DNA of 64,000 bases from Candidatus Aminicenantes bacterium (GTDB lineage Bacteria; Acidobacteriota; Aminicenantia; Aminicenantales; Saccharicenantaceae), in contig CAVSEQ010000001.1 in the NCBI GenBank assembly GCA_963727095.1, positions 18,083 through 82,082 of the forward strand, written 5' to 3'. Under the pieces are notes generated by a model, which ran no database searches, was not told where the DNA came from, and saw only the letters and a list, made by a program, of their open reading frames with translations. Each line of letters starts with the position of its first letter. Positions within the stretch are counted from its first letter, which is position 1. This document shows positions 26,487-36,810 of the stretch, piece after piece. A program made the position numbers and the translations under genes.

Positions 26487-28259
26487 TTAGGCGCCTTTGC
26501 CGGTCGTGTCGATTTTCTTGACAGCGAGGACGCGCCTCAAAAGAATCCAGCTGAAGACAACAGCCAGCGCCGCGCCGAGCCCCGCCGTGATCCAGGCCTG
26601 GGCGAAAACGGCGTTCGTCGCCACGACCAATCCCAACGAGGCCAGGACGCCGATGGCGCAGTCCACGACGAGCCGGCCGGTGGGCGGGTCGTCGTTAGGC
26701 GGGACATTAGCCGATTCCCGAATTCCCTTCCAGAACCCCGGCGGGTGGCATTTCTCGTAGAACCGGACAAGCGTCTCTTTGGATTCCGGCGGCGTCAGCG
26801 CGGTGACGATGAGGAGAACGGCGAAGCTCAGCAGGAAGAGGAAGCCGGTCGCCTGCCAAAAGGGTTTGTACTGATAGCCCAGAATGAACCAGACGAGAAT
26901 CGAGAGCGGCAGGCCCAGGATAAACGCGGCTAGTTCGCCCCAAACATTGAACCTCCACCAGAAAAACCGAAGCCAAGAGAGGGGAAGCAGGAAGACGACC
27001 ATGACCGAGTTGATGAAGAGAAACCAGCTGACCATTCCTTTGACCCACAGAATGGACACGAGGGCGGCGAAGATGAAGAGTCCGAGCACGGTCAGCCGGC
27101 TGACGATGACCTGGCGCTTCGGCGGGTCGTTCGGCCGGAGCGAGCGGTAAAAATCGTTGACGACGAGAGAGCTGCCCCAATTGATGAGGGAACTCAGGGC
27201 CGACATGAACGCGGCAAGTTCCGAGGCAACGAGGACGCCCACGAACCCGGCCGGGAGATGGGTCGCCTTGATGAGCTCTCCCCAAGCGTAGGCCGGGTCC
27301 GCCAGGATTTTCATCCCCTGCGGGGCCGGCCCGACCTGCGTGATGAGGTCCTTCGTCCAGAAGAGGGAAAAGGCAAGGACGCCGAGCCCGATGAGGGGGA
27401 TCGTCCGAAGGGAAAGGGCCAGGAAGGAGTTGAAAAGCTGGCCGGCCATGGCGTGGCGCTCGTTCTTGGCGGCCATGAAACGCTGGGCCGTCATGCCCTC
27501 GCCGGCGGTCGGGGAGCCGGCGAAAAACAGGCCTTGAACGACAAGCATCACGACCGTCAGGACGGGAATGAGCGGCGTCGGCGGGATCTGCTGGAGAACG
27601 TCCGGCCTGACGCTTGCCGCGCGCGCCAGAATCCGGGCCCAGCCGCCATGGCGCGGCACGGCGATCAGGAAGAAGATGAGATTGCCGGAAAGGAAAATCG
27701 AGAACTGCATGATATCGGTGAAGACGACGCCGATAAGCCCTCCGAAAACGGTATAGATTACGGTAATCCCGCCGAAGACGAGGAGAATCTGTGCCTCCGA
27801 GAGGGGAACCAGCGGCTTGATGGTCTTGGCGAAAAAGCCCGTGACGTAGCCGATGATGAGGACGGCGAAGCAGAAAAGCAGGAACGCGTAGACCTTGCGG
27901 GCGAGGAGCGCCGGCCTTCCGCCGTAGCGGAGGGTGATGAGCTCGGCGGTCGTCACGATCTGCATCCGCCGCCACATCCTGGCCCAGACGATGGCCACGA
28001 GCGGCATCCAGATGATCCAGGCGCCCCACCAGAACCAGTTGCCGACGAGGCCGAAGACGAGGACGAGCATGACGAATCCGCCGCCGCCCGAGGAGTACGT
28101 GGCCGTATTCGAGAGCCCGATGGCCCACCAGGGGAGGCTGCGGTTTCCCGTGAAATATCCCGTCGCGCCCTGGCGGCCCGATCTCTTTGTGAAATAGAGC
28201 CCGACGCCGAGCGAGAGCATGCAAAGGACGACGACGACGACCCAATCAATCCCGATCAT
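26487..28259 (-). CDS. Sodium:solute symporter family (SSF) transporter
   Basis: 590 aa, ~13-14 TM helices. N-terminal SSF signature region (...GYFTGNRSLPWWAIGLSNTATYSSGG...). Confidence 0.8.
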   Translation of the reverse strand: MIGIDWVVVVVLCMLSLGVGLYFTKRSGRQGATGYFTGNRSLPWWAIGLSNTATYSSGGGGFVMLVLVFGLVGNWFWWGAWIIWMPLVAIVWARMWRRMQIVTTAELITLRYGGRPALLARKVYAFLLFCFAVLIIGYVTGFFAKTIKPLVPLSEAQILLVFGGITVIYTVFGGLIGVVFTDIMQFSIFLSGNLIFFLIAVPRHGGWARILARAASVRPDVLQQIPPTPLIPVLTVVMLVVQGLFFAGSPTAGEGMTAQRFMAAKNERHAMAGQLFNSFLALSLRTIPLIGLGVLAFSLFWTKDLITQVGPAPQGMKILADPAYAWGELIKATHLPAGFVGVLVASELAAFMSALSSLINWGSSLVVNDFYRSLRPNDPPKRQVIVSRLTVLGLFIFAALVSILWVKGMVSWFLFINSVMVVFLLPLSWLRFFWWRFNVWGELAAFILGLPLSILVWFILGYQYKPFWQATGFLFLLSFAVLLIVTALTPPESKETLVRFYEKCHPPGFWKGIRESANVPPNDDPPTGRLVVDCAIGVLASLGLVVATNAVFAQAWITAGLGAALAVVFSWILLRRVLAVKKIDTTGKGA

Positions 28260-28593
28260 GCTGCGGATTTCCTTCCCGCGATGGTTGCGCGCTCACGATG
28301 CTGGAATTGTAGCCAAGTTGTCCCGCGAAATCCAGGCGGATGAAAGAGTGGGGAAAAGAAAGCTTGACGGTTGTGGACGGCCAGCTTTTCACCTATTCTA
28401 TACCACGCTGGGAGAATGACGTGGCAATATGATGGTCGGCGGCCCTGGTGCCACCCGTAAGCCCCCGTAGCGGAAGGGGCCCCGTCGCCCTGCGGCGGGG
28501 GAACCGACGGGACTGGTTCCCGGGGGAGCGATAGCGCGGGGGCCAAGGGTGACACCAGGGCCGCTGCAACCTATTGTGGAGGAGGTTCGATCC

Positions 28594-29412
28594 ATGGCCA
28601 AAGTGTACTATGTCGGCGATTGGGCCGTCCTGACCGGCCCGGTTTTTGCCGAGACTCCATTCTATTATTCTCACAAGGGACTCGACATCTTCAACTACGG
28701 CGTCTGGCTCAAGAACGCCCTGGAATCGACGGGCGAGCATCAGGTGGCTTCGATTCCGACCTGGGAGTTCTACAACAAGCTCGGGCCGGGGGATTACGAG
28801 AAGATTCTCGAGGATTATGATGTCCTCGTCTTCAGCGACATCGACGCCAAGCTCTTCCAGCTCGCTCCGAACTTCTTCGACCGGGAGAAATTCGGCAAGA
28901 AGGTGCTGACCTTCCCCGACAGGATCCGGCTGACGATCGAAGCCATTACAGGGGGCAAGGCCGCTATGTTTCTCGGCGGCTGGTATTCTTTCACCGGCGA
29001 GCACGGCAAGGGCGGCTGGGGCCGGACGCGCATCCGCGAGATGCTGCCCGTGCGGTGCCTTGATTTCGAGGACCTCGAAGAGAGCACCGAAGGCTACCGG
29101 CCGGCCGCGACCGAGGCGGGGAAGAAGGTTTTCAAAGGAATTGATCTCAAGACGATGCCTCCCATCCTGGGCTACAACAAGACGATCCCGATCGACGAGG
29201 GCCGGGTCCTGCTGACGGTCAAGGAAACGGGCGATCCGCTCGTGGCCGTGCGGACTCTTGGCAAAGGCCGCGTTCTGGCCTACACCTCCGATCCCGCACC
29301 GCACTGGGGCCTGAACTTCGTCTTTTGGAAATCATACGCGGCGTTCTGGCTGGCCTGTCTCGATTGCGTGATGGGACGCCGGGGCGGGACCGAGGGCCGG
29401 AATGCCCGCTGA
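28594..29412 (+). CDS. GATase1-like (putative glutamine amidotransferase-like, PF07090-type) protein
   Basis: ATG 28594 with GGAGGAGG SD. Start MAKVYYVGDWAVLTGPVF with conserved blocks (DVLVFSDIDA..., FLGGWYSFTGEHGKGGW). Family assignment from memory. Confidence 0.55.
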   Translation: MAKVYYVGDWAVLTGPVFAETPFYYSHKGLDIFNYGVWLKNALESTGEHQVASIPTWEFYNKLGPGDYEKILEDYDVLVFSDIDAKLFQLAPNFFDREKFGKKVLTFPDRIRLTIEAITGGKAAMFLGGWYSFTGEHGKGGWGRTRIREMLPVRCLDFEDLEESTEGYRPAATEAGKKVFKGIDLKTMPPILGYNKTIPIDEGRVLLTVKETGDPLVAVRTLGKGRVLAYTSDPAPHWGLNFVFWKSYAAFWLACLDCVMGRRGGTEGRNAR

Positions 29413-29522
29413 TCATGACTCCCATTCCGGGGGACGCGGCACGTGCAGCTGGGCGCTTGTTCGGGCTCAGGGGGATGGGGATTTCCGACGGCCGCAGCGG
29501 CGTCATGAACGGAAGATAAGAC

Positions 29523-31585
29523 ATGGATTTTAAGAGGAACCCGCGAACGGTTTTCAAGGACATCAAAACGCTTAGGCCGCAGGAGGCGCGTCGGGAAATC
29601 GCGGCTCTCCGTGCGGGGATCGCCTATCACGACAATTTGTACTACGTCAAGGACAAGCCGGCCATCTCCGATGAAACTTATGACAAACTCTTTCGGCGGC
29701 TCCAGGATCTCGAACGGGCTTTCCCCCAGTATGCCGCAGAGGATTCTCCGACGAGGCGCGTCGGGGGCCACCCTGCTGCCGGCCTTGCGGAAGTCGCCCA
29801 CACGGTCCCGTTGCTCAGCCTGAACTCGGTCTACAAAGATAAGGAAGTCGACGACTTCGACGTCATGGTCCGGCGCGCGGCCGGCTCGAAACAGCCGGTC
29901 TACACCGCCGAGCCCAAGTTCGACGGGTTGTCCGTCGAAATCGTCTATGAAAACGGCGTCTTCGCGCGGGGCGCCACGCGCGGCGACGGGCGGACCGGGG
30001 AGGATATTTCGCGCAACATCCGGACGATGAAGTCCGTGCCGCCGCGCTTGAAGAACGGCCGCGCGCGGGCGCCCCGGTTTCTCGCCGTGCGCGGCGAGGT
30101 GATCATGCACAAGAGCGACTTCCAGAAGCTCAACAAGCGGAAGATCGAAAACGGCGATGAGCCGTTCGCGAATCCCCGCAATGCCGCCGCCGGCGCCGTC
30201 CGTCAGCTGGACCCGAAAAAGACAGCCGAAATTCCCCTGGACATCATGTTCTACGACCTTCTCGAAGTCCGTGACCGCGACTTTACGTCTCAGTGGGAGG
30301 TCCTGAAACAGCTTCCCAAGTGGGGACTGAAAACGGACTCGCACAATACCCTGTGCCGCAGCCTGGATGCGGTCAAACGATACCGAGCCGACATGGCCGA
30401 GGCCCGGGACTCGCTCGATTACGAAATCGACGGCGTCGTCATCAAGCTCGACGATTTCAAGCAAAGGGCGAAGATGGGCATGCGTCAGCGCAGCCCGCGC
30501 TGGGCGTTGGCCTGGAAGTTTCCGCCCAAGCAGGAGATCACGACCCTGCGGGACATCGTCGTCCAGGTGGGCCGGACGGGAATCCTGACGCCCGTAGCAC
30601 TTCTTGACCCCGTGAACGTCGGCGGCGTCACGGTCAGCCGGGCCACCCTCCACAACGAGGCTGAAGTAAGGCGCAGGGATGTCCGGCCCGGAGACACCGT
30701 GCGCATCGAGCGGGCGGGGGATGTCATCCCGGAAGTCGTTGAGCGCATTGGCCGGCCAAGGGGCGGCCGGGGCAAGCCTTTCGTCATGCCCAAGACCTGT
30801 CCCAGTTGCGGCACCAAGGTCGTCCGCGAGGGCGCCTATTATTTCTGTCCCAACGCGCTCTCATGCCGGGCCCAGCTCATCGGACGGATCGCGCATTATG
30901 CGTCCCGGCGCGCTTTGGACATCGCAGGCCTTGGCGGCGAAACGGTCAAGGAGCTGGTGGACAAGGGCATGATCAAATCTGTCGCAGACTTGTACCGTCT
31001 CACGGTCGACGATATCAATCGGCTGGAAGGATTCGCGGACAAATCAGCGAATCAACTCTACCGGCCATTCAACGTGCCAAGACGGCCCGCCTCGACCGCT
31101 TCCTTTACGCCCTCGGCATCGCAGGCGTCGGAGAGCATGCCGCTCAGGCCGTGGCCGCTCACTTCAGGACATAGACGCGCTGGAGAGGGCGTCGCCCGAG
31201 GAGATTCGACAGGCGAAAGACATCGGCGCCGCCACGAGCCGTAGCATCTCCGAGTTCTTCCGAGACAAGGACAATCGCCGTGTCCTGGCTCCAGTTGCGT
31301 AGAACCGGTTTCGCTATTTCCGAAATGCCGGCACGCCGAGGCCCGGGCCCGCTTGACGGCAAGATTTTCGTTTTTACAGGCGGCCTGGAACGGTTTACGC
31401 GGGACGAGGCGCAGCGGATGGTGGAAGAACTCGGCGGCAGAGTCACCTCGAGCGTAAGCGCCAAAACCGATTTCGTCGTCGCAGGCCGCGACCCGGGAAG
31501 CAAGCTCGAAGAGGCAAAAGCGCACGGGGTCAGGACGATCGACGAAAAGGAGTTCGAGAGGCTTGTGAGACTCCGAGGTTCTTGA
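29523..31585 (+). pseudogene. ligA: NAD-dependent DNA ligase LigA, disrupted by three closely spaced frameshifts (or sequencing errors) in the HhH-BRCT region
   Basis: Adenylation KxDG motif (EPKFDGLSVEIVY). OB, Zn-finger (CPSCGTKV...CPN..C) and HhH regions continuous to ~31060. The frame then changes at 31063/64 (GG for GGG), ~31171 (A for AA) and ~31291 (CC for C). The pieces 30806..31174, 31162..31302 and 31280..31585 (BRCT, ...GKIFVFTGGLERFTRDEA...) together reconstruct a colinear LigA. Confidence 0.7.
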
Positions 31586-32559
31586 GGAGCGGCTGCCCGC
31601 AGCGGCGGCGCGCCTTGACAGGCCGCTCCCTTTCCAATACATTCGTGCCGAAACCTGGGGGACAACGCGTGGCTTCTCTGACGATCGACAACCTCACCAA
31701 GCACTACGGCGCCGTCCGTGCTCTTCGCGGTGTGAGCTTTTCGGTCGAGGCGGGGGAGGTTTTCGGCTACCTCGGGCCGAACGGCGCCGGCAAGACGACG
31801 ACACTCCGCGTTGTTCTCGGGCTCGTGCGGGCGACGGCCGGCCGGGTCACTGTCTTAGGCAGCGATCAGTCATGCGCGGGGGCAAGGACCGGCGTCGGCT
31901 ACCTGCCGGGAGAGCTCCGTCTCTATGGCGAGATGACGGGGATCACACTGCTCGATTACTTCGCGGGGTTCCGGCCGCTGCGGCCGCCGGTCCTGCGCCC
32001 GGCACTCATTGAGGCGCTCGCGGTCGATCCGGCGGCCCTCACGAGACGGATCAAGTTCTTATCGCATGGAACGCGCCAAAAGCTCGGATTGATCGTCGCC
32101 ATGCAGCACGACCCGGAGCTGCTCCTGCTCGATGAGCCGACCACCGGCCTCGATCCGCTGGTCCAGCAAACGTTCCGCGACCTCGTGCTGGATTTCGCCC
32201 GCCGCGGGCGCACCATCTTTTTCTCCTCCCACGTGCTGTCCGAGGTCGAAGCCGTCTGCGGTCGGGTGGCCATCCTGCGCGCCGGAGAGCTCGTGGCCGT
32301 GGAGTCGGTCGATAATCTTCGAAGCCGCATGGTGAGGCGTCTGCAGGCGCGGTTCCGTTCAAACGTTCCCGCCGGGCTTGACAGTCTGCCGGGCGTCACG
32401 CAATTTCAGGCGGCCGGAAGAGACGTCACCCTTTGGGTGCGCGGCGACGTGAACGAGGTTCTCCGCCGGATCTCCCAGTCCGAGGTCGATCGATTTGTCT
32501 TTCCCGAGCCCGAGCTCGAGGATATTTTTCTCACGTACTATCGGGACGGCAGGGGATAG
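31582..32559 (+). CDS. ABC transporter ATP-binding protein (ABC-2 type exporter ATPase); likely start GTG 31669
   Basis: Walker A GPNGAGKTT, signature LSHGTRQKL, Walker B LLLLDEPTTGLD, H-loop SSHVL. The track start at 31582 is TTG. GTG 31669 has a GGGGGA SD. Confidence 0.8.
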   Translation: MRSGCPQRRRALTGRSLSNTFVPKPGGQRVASLTIDNLTKHYGAVRALRGVSFSVEAGEVFGYLGPNGAGKTTTLRVVLGLVRATAGRVTVLGSDQSCAGARTGVGYLPGELRLYGEMTGITLLDYFAGFRPLRPPVLRPALIEALAVDPAALTRRIKFLSHGTRQKLGLIVAMQHDPELLLLDEPTTGLDPLVQQTFRDLVLDFARRGRTIFFSSHVLSEVEAVCGRVAILRAGELVAVESVDNLRSRMVRRLQARFRSNVPAGLDSLPGVTQFQAAGRDVTLWVRGDVNEVLRRISQSEVDRFVFPEPELEDIFLTYYRDGRG

Positions 32560-32572
32560 GGCCGCAGACGTC

Positions 32573-33370
32573 ATGGGTAACTTGCTGAAACGCCTGCTCG
32601 TCCGGCACAGGCTGGTCCTTGCGGCCGGCGCCGGCTTGATGGCCGGTCTCCAATTCCTTATCTGCGCGGTCGTTTCGACCATCGACATCCCGGGGATCCT
32701 GTCGGGGCTACTGAAGAACGTTCCGCCGGTGATGCAATCCCTTATTCAACAGTATCTCGGGGGTTTCAGCGCGGCCGACCTGCTGGCCTTCGGCTGGAAT
32801 CACCCGATCGCGCTGGCCGTCGGGGCCGCCGTGGCCATCGTCCTCGCCGCCCGCGCCGTGGCGGGGGAAATCGAGAACGGTGTCCTCGAGCTTGTCTTGA
32901 GCCAGCCGATATCCCGGCCGCGATATTTCGCCGGGCAGGCGCTTTTCGCGCTCGCGGCGCTCGCCGCCCTGGCCCTGGCCGGCGCCTTCGGAACCTTCCT
33001 CGGCCAGCGCGTGTATGCACTCCACGCTTTAACCGTTCACACGGTGCTTTTGCTCGCCTTGAACTATCTGCTGCTTCAGTTTGCTTGGTACGCCGCCGCC
33101 CTTGTCCTTTCCGTCTTCGGCCGCGAGGCGGGCCGCGTGGCGTTCGGCGGCTTCTTTCTCGCCCTCGTTTCTTACCTTGTCCAGGTCATCGCGCAGCTCT
33201 GGCCGCGCGCCGCGTTTCTCCTTCCATATTCGCTCAACGCCTATTACTCTCCGCCGCAAATCCTGGCCCGGCAGGCACTCGCGGCGAGATCGGTCGCCAT
33301 GCTCCTCGCCGTCGGCGCCGTCGGCATTGCGCTCGCGCTATGGCGTTTCCTCAGACGGGACATCCCGTAG
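32573..33370 (+). CDS. ABC-2 family transporter permease
   Basis: ATG 32573. ~6 TM helices. Directly downstream of the ATPase 31582..32559. Confidence 0.65.
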   Translation: MGNLLKRLLVRHRLVLAAGAGLMAGLQFLICAVVSTIDIPGILSGLLKNVPPVMQSLIQQYLGGFSAADLLAFGWNHPIALAVGAAVAIVLAARAVAGEIENGVLELVLSQPISRPRYFAGQALFALAALAALALAGAFGTFLGQRVYALHALTVHTVLLLALNYLLLQFAWYAAALVLSVFGREAGRVAFGGFFLALVSYLVQVIAQLWPRAAFLLPYSLNAYYSPPQILARQALAARSVAMLLAVGAVGIALALWRFLRRDIP

Positions 33371-33375
33371 CGCTC

Positions 33376-34353
33376 TCAGTAGGTGACCTCGACCGCGACC
33401 TTGAAGAACTTGAAGTCTTTGTATCGGACGTCGGTCTTCGACCGCACCACGGCCCGGCCCGCATCGTTTAGATAGGCCTCTTCGATGTAAAGACGGCTCG
33501 GGAAGCGGATGCCGTTTTTCTCGGCGCTGAACTCGGACCGGATGTTGAGCCGGGGAGTCCTCTTGTAGTGTTCGCCTCGTTTTTTGAAGACGTCGAAACG
33601 CCCGACCCGGCTGTCGCTCCAATCGATCCGGAGGATGTCGGCGGTGACCGGGTCGATCCAGGCCTTGCCATAGAGGTTCCGGCTCTCGGGAGCACCCGGT
33701 TTTGGATGGGCGTCGATGACGAGGACTTTTGTTTTCCCAATCTTGTCGTGACCGATGACGGTGTAATCATAGTCGGGCTGGAAACGTTCTCCCAAAAGTC
33801 CCACCGGACCTATGAGCGCCGTACCGAACACGACGACGGACGTTTTCAGTGCGGCGTTAGACTCGTTCATGTCCTTTCCATTCTCCTTAAGGAGAGTCCT
33901 CATCTCGCGGATCTCGCGACCGGCGCGGGCGCACTGATAATCATAGACGTACGTGTGCTTGACATCCCGCCATATCACGTAGGACCTCGAACTTCCGCCC
34001 GAGCTCCAGCTCCAGCCGCCCATGAGGTCCGGGCGTTTCGTGAAGTCGAGGGAGGGGTCGATCGTCTCGCTGATCTCTTCGCGGCAAACGAAATCGAAGG
34101 CGGCGTTCTCGAGCTTGCCGCAGTATTCCGCAGCCTTGGCGAGGAGCGGCCCGAGATCGGGGGCCGGGACGGTTCCCCGGCTTTGAGACGCCTGGACGGG
34201 CCCTTGCGACTCTGTCGTTGGAACGGCCATTGCGGTCTTTGCCGGGGTGCGAAACGCCGCCGGCAGGACTCCAAATGCCAGAACCGTTATCCACCGTTTA
34301 CAGGTTCCGAAACCATGTCGGGTCAAACGCGCAGAGTCCGGAATGAACCGCAT
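33376..34353 (-). CDS. Hypothetical secreted protein (co-directional with and immediately downstream of the VWFA gene)
   Basis: Hydrophobic N-terminus (WITVLAFGVLPAAF). No recognisable domain. 2-bp gap to the upstream VWFA gene suggests an operon. Confidence 0.5.
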   Translation of the reverse strand: MRFIPDSARLTRHGFGTCKRWITVLAFGVLPAAFRTPAKTAMAVPTTESQGPVQASQSRGTVPAPDLGPLLAKAAEYCGKLENAAFDFVCREEISETIDPSLDFTKRPDLMGGWSWSSGGSSRSYVIWRDVKHTYVYDYQCARAGREIREMRTLLKENGKDMNESNAALKTSVVVFGTALIGPVGLLGERFQPDYDYTVIGHDKIGKTKVLVIDAHPKPGAPESRNLYGKAWIDPVTADILRIDWSDSRVGRFDVFKKRGEHYKRTPRLNIRSEFSAEKNGIRFPSRLYIEEAYLNDAGRAVVRSKTDVRYKDFKFFKVAVEVTY

Positions 34354-34355
34354 GG

Positions 34356-36527
34356 TCAGTCCCTTTTTTTTACGATCGTGAAGTCCGAGGAGATGTGGGA
34401 TACGGCGCCGCTCGCCGTGTCCTCGGCAACCAGATGCAGGCCGTAGATGTCCGGCTCGACTTCGGGGATATGCAGCCTGATGAGATAAATCCGAATATCC
34501 TTTCCGTTCTTTTCTTTGATCACGTCGAGCCCAACGGGGACTTGCTCGGACGTAGCGCTGTCAACGAGGAAGGACGCTAACTTGAAAGTCGCCCTCTTCG
34601 CCCCCGGCCCGGATATTCTGACCGCGGCCGTTATGTCGGCGCCGCCTTCAATCGTCTTTTCGAGGCTCGGCGAAAAGGCGCCGGAATCCAAAAGGAAGAT
34701 TTCGGCGAGACGTGCTTCAGCGCTGTTTTCTTCGGAAGTCCCGGCGGGATTGTCTCCGATATATCTCGCGCCCTTTCCTGGAGCAAGAAAGAGAGGTGGA
34801 TAGATCATGAAATCGCCGGCCGCTTTCTCCGGCACGACCGCCGAAACCCCCGCGACGGCCGCCCGCCCGGTTTCCGCGTTCCTTAGGACGATCCGGCACT
34901 TGTATTTTCCTGGCGGGACGGAAAGGAGAGAGAAGAGATAAACGGGCTTCTTTTCCGACGCCGAAAGACTGGTTACGACCCGCCGGGAATCGATGATGTT
35001 TTCCGCGCGGTCGAAGATAAGGCTCTGAACCTCGACCTTCGGACCGGCCACGTCGCCCAGTTCCTCGACCGGCACGGAGGCGATGAAGGCGAGGTTCGCG
35101 GCCGGCGCCGCTCCGACCGGCTGGGCCTGCATGGCGAAGCGAACCGGCGCCTGCGACAGCGGCCGCTCAGCCAGCGCAAGATCGACGAGATCGATAAGTT
35201 TCTCCACGTCTGAATATGACGCAAAGGGCTTGGGATTGAAGTAGCCGGCCTGGGCGCGGACTTGGCAGCCGGGGCGCGCCACCTCGACCCGGATCTCGTG
35301 ATACTTCCCGTCCCATGTCGCGCTGATCGGGTATCCCACGACGTAATACGTTGCCGTCAGGGTTTGGATCGTGTTGAGATGCTTGTCCGCGAAATAGACG
35401 TTGGCGAAGTACCTGCCGCCTGTCGCCTCGGCCATCTCGCGAAGTGTGGCCGCCCCGATCTTCACCTCCGAGGCCGCATTGGGTCCTGTCGTCTGGACTG
35501 GGAAAACGGCGATATTGGCCGTCGCGAGCACCCGGCAGAGATCGGTAAAAGCGTTGCGCAGGTCCATATTCATGTCCTCTTTCGGGGCGAATCTCCAATC
35601 CGTGGATGGAAGGCCCTTGGACGGCGGTTCCCGATTGATCAAGCTGCCCGGGATTCCCTCCGAAAAGAGGATGAGCGTCTTCTGCCCGGAGATGTAGCGC
35701 AGGGCCTGGGCCAAGGTTTCCAGGGCCCACATAAAATTCCTGGCCAGCCACCTCTGCTCCCCGGCGAGGTGGTATCCGTCGGCATCGCGCCCCGGTGCTG
35801 ATTTATCGGAAATAGTCGCCCTGGCCTGAGCCTCGGGCGAGGCGCCCGCCGCGACCTTCTGCTGTAAGGCGTCAGCCGGGTGCGTTAAGGTATCCTGAGT
35901 CGCGGCCAGCCCGAAGGCCCCGAGCGCCCGGCGGACTCGGTCATGGTCTCTCGTCAGGAACTCCCGGACCTCCAGCCGCCGCATCCCTGTGCAGCAGACA
36001 ACGGCTACCTCGTCCGACGGGAGGAGGTTATCGATGAACCGCACAGCCGCTTTGGCCGCCTTGCGTGCCCCGTCCGGGTCGGTGTAAGTATAGTCGAAGA
36101 AAAGGAAGAACTTGCGGTCCAAGAGGGGAGAGGCAGGGGTGGGCGTGACAGTGATGCTCTCATCGGCGGGCGCCGGCTTCGCGGCGGGGACGCGGAGCTC
36201 GTGGCTTTCGAATTCCGTGAGCGTCTGGCGCTTGCCGTTGTCGTAAATGACAAAATCTTCCTTTTTGAGGCCGGTGACGGGATTTCCTTTCTTGTCGGTG
36301 ACCACGACCTGAATGAGTTTGAGGGTGACCGTGACTTCATTTTGCAGGGGCTTGGGGATTTTGTCGGTTTCTTGGGATTCGAGAAAGCGGCGGTAGGAAT
36401 CCGGACCGCTTCCGACGGGCTGGGTCGGTCGCAGGGACCGAGGCATCGCAGCGAAGACGAGCAGGATGCTCCCGCAGAAGGCAAGGATCAAGCGCCGCGC
36501 CCGCGGGCAACCCAGTTGCCGGGACAT
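34356..36527 (-). CDS. VWFA-related acidobacterial-domain protein (von Willebrand factor A family), secreted/membrane-anchored
   Basis: ATG 36527 (MSRQLGCPRARRLILAFCGSILLVFAA). VWA-like block KFFLFFDYTYTDPDGARKAAKAAVRFIDNLLPSDEVAVVCC. Overall architecture resembles the TIGR03436-type proteins typical of Acidobacteria (assignment from memory). Confidence 0.7.
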   Translation of the reverse strand: MSRQLGCPRARRLILAFCGSILLVFAAMPRSLRPTQPVGSGPDSYRRFLESQETDKIPKPLQNEVTVTLKLIQVVVTDKKGNPVTGLKKEDFVIYDNGKRQTLTEFESHELRVPAAKPAPADESITVTPTPASPLLDRKFFLFFDYTYTDPDGARKAAKAAVRFIDNLLPSDEVAVVCCTGMRRLEVREFLTRDHDRVRRALGAFGLAATQDTLTHPADALQQKVAAGASPEAQARATISDKSAPGRDADGYHLAGEQRWLARNFMWALETLAQALRYISGQKTLILFSEGIPGSLINREPPSKGLPSTDWRFAPKEDMNMDLRNAFTDLCRVLATANIAVFPVQTTGPNAASEVKIGAATLREMAEATGGRYFANVYFADKHLNTIQTLTATYYVVGYPISATWDGKYHEIRVEVARPGCQVRAQAGYFNPKPFASYSDVEKLIDLVDLALAERPLSQAPVRFAMQAQPVGAAPAANLAFIASVPVEELGDVAGPKVEVQSLIFDRAENIIDSRRVVTSLSASEKKPVYLFSLLSVPPGKYKCRIVLRNAETGRAAVAGVSAVVPEKAAGDFMIYPPLFLAPGKGARYIGDNPAGTSEENSAEARLAEIFLLDSGAFSPSLEKTIEGGADITAAVRISGPGAKRATFKLASFLVDSATSEQVPVGLDVIKEKNGKDIRIYLIRLHIPEVEPDIYGLHLVAEDTASGAVSHISSDFTIVKKRD

Positions 36528-36715
36528 CTGCGCCTCCCTGAGCCGGTTACATTGATTCCCTTTAGAATAATGGTGCAATCGCGGACCTAAGTCAAGCCCG
36601 CCGGCTCGCTTGACCGGGTCTGCGCGGCGAGCACCTTTCGGGCGGCGACACGGGCTAACTCCTGGCTCCAAAACTCAATTAAGATATTTGCGAGACATGA
36701 ACGCCCGTGGTCGCC

Positions 36716-36744
36716 TTGACAGCCCGCACGTTCCGGCCTATGCT
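36716..36744 (+). promoter_or_regulatory. Sigma70-like promoter TTGACA-17-TATGCT upstream of the methyltransferase/cupin operon
   Basis: Seen directly: ccTTGACAgcccgcacgttccggccTATGCTtttt, exact 17-bp spacer. Downstream leader contains the hairpin gcccgag-aaacccgg-ctcgggc. Confidence 0.4.
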
Positions 36745-36810
36745 TTTTGTCGGGGGCCCGAGAAACCCGGCTCGGGCATGTGATTGTGTCGGGTTTGCGT
36801 TTTTCAGCCG

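Noticed and set aside
26707-28245. 512-aa ORF in an alternative frame across the SSF transporter gene
   Set aside because: The SSF transporter frame gives a coherent 13-14-TM protein. The alternative frame is Arg/Pro-rich and nonsensical.
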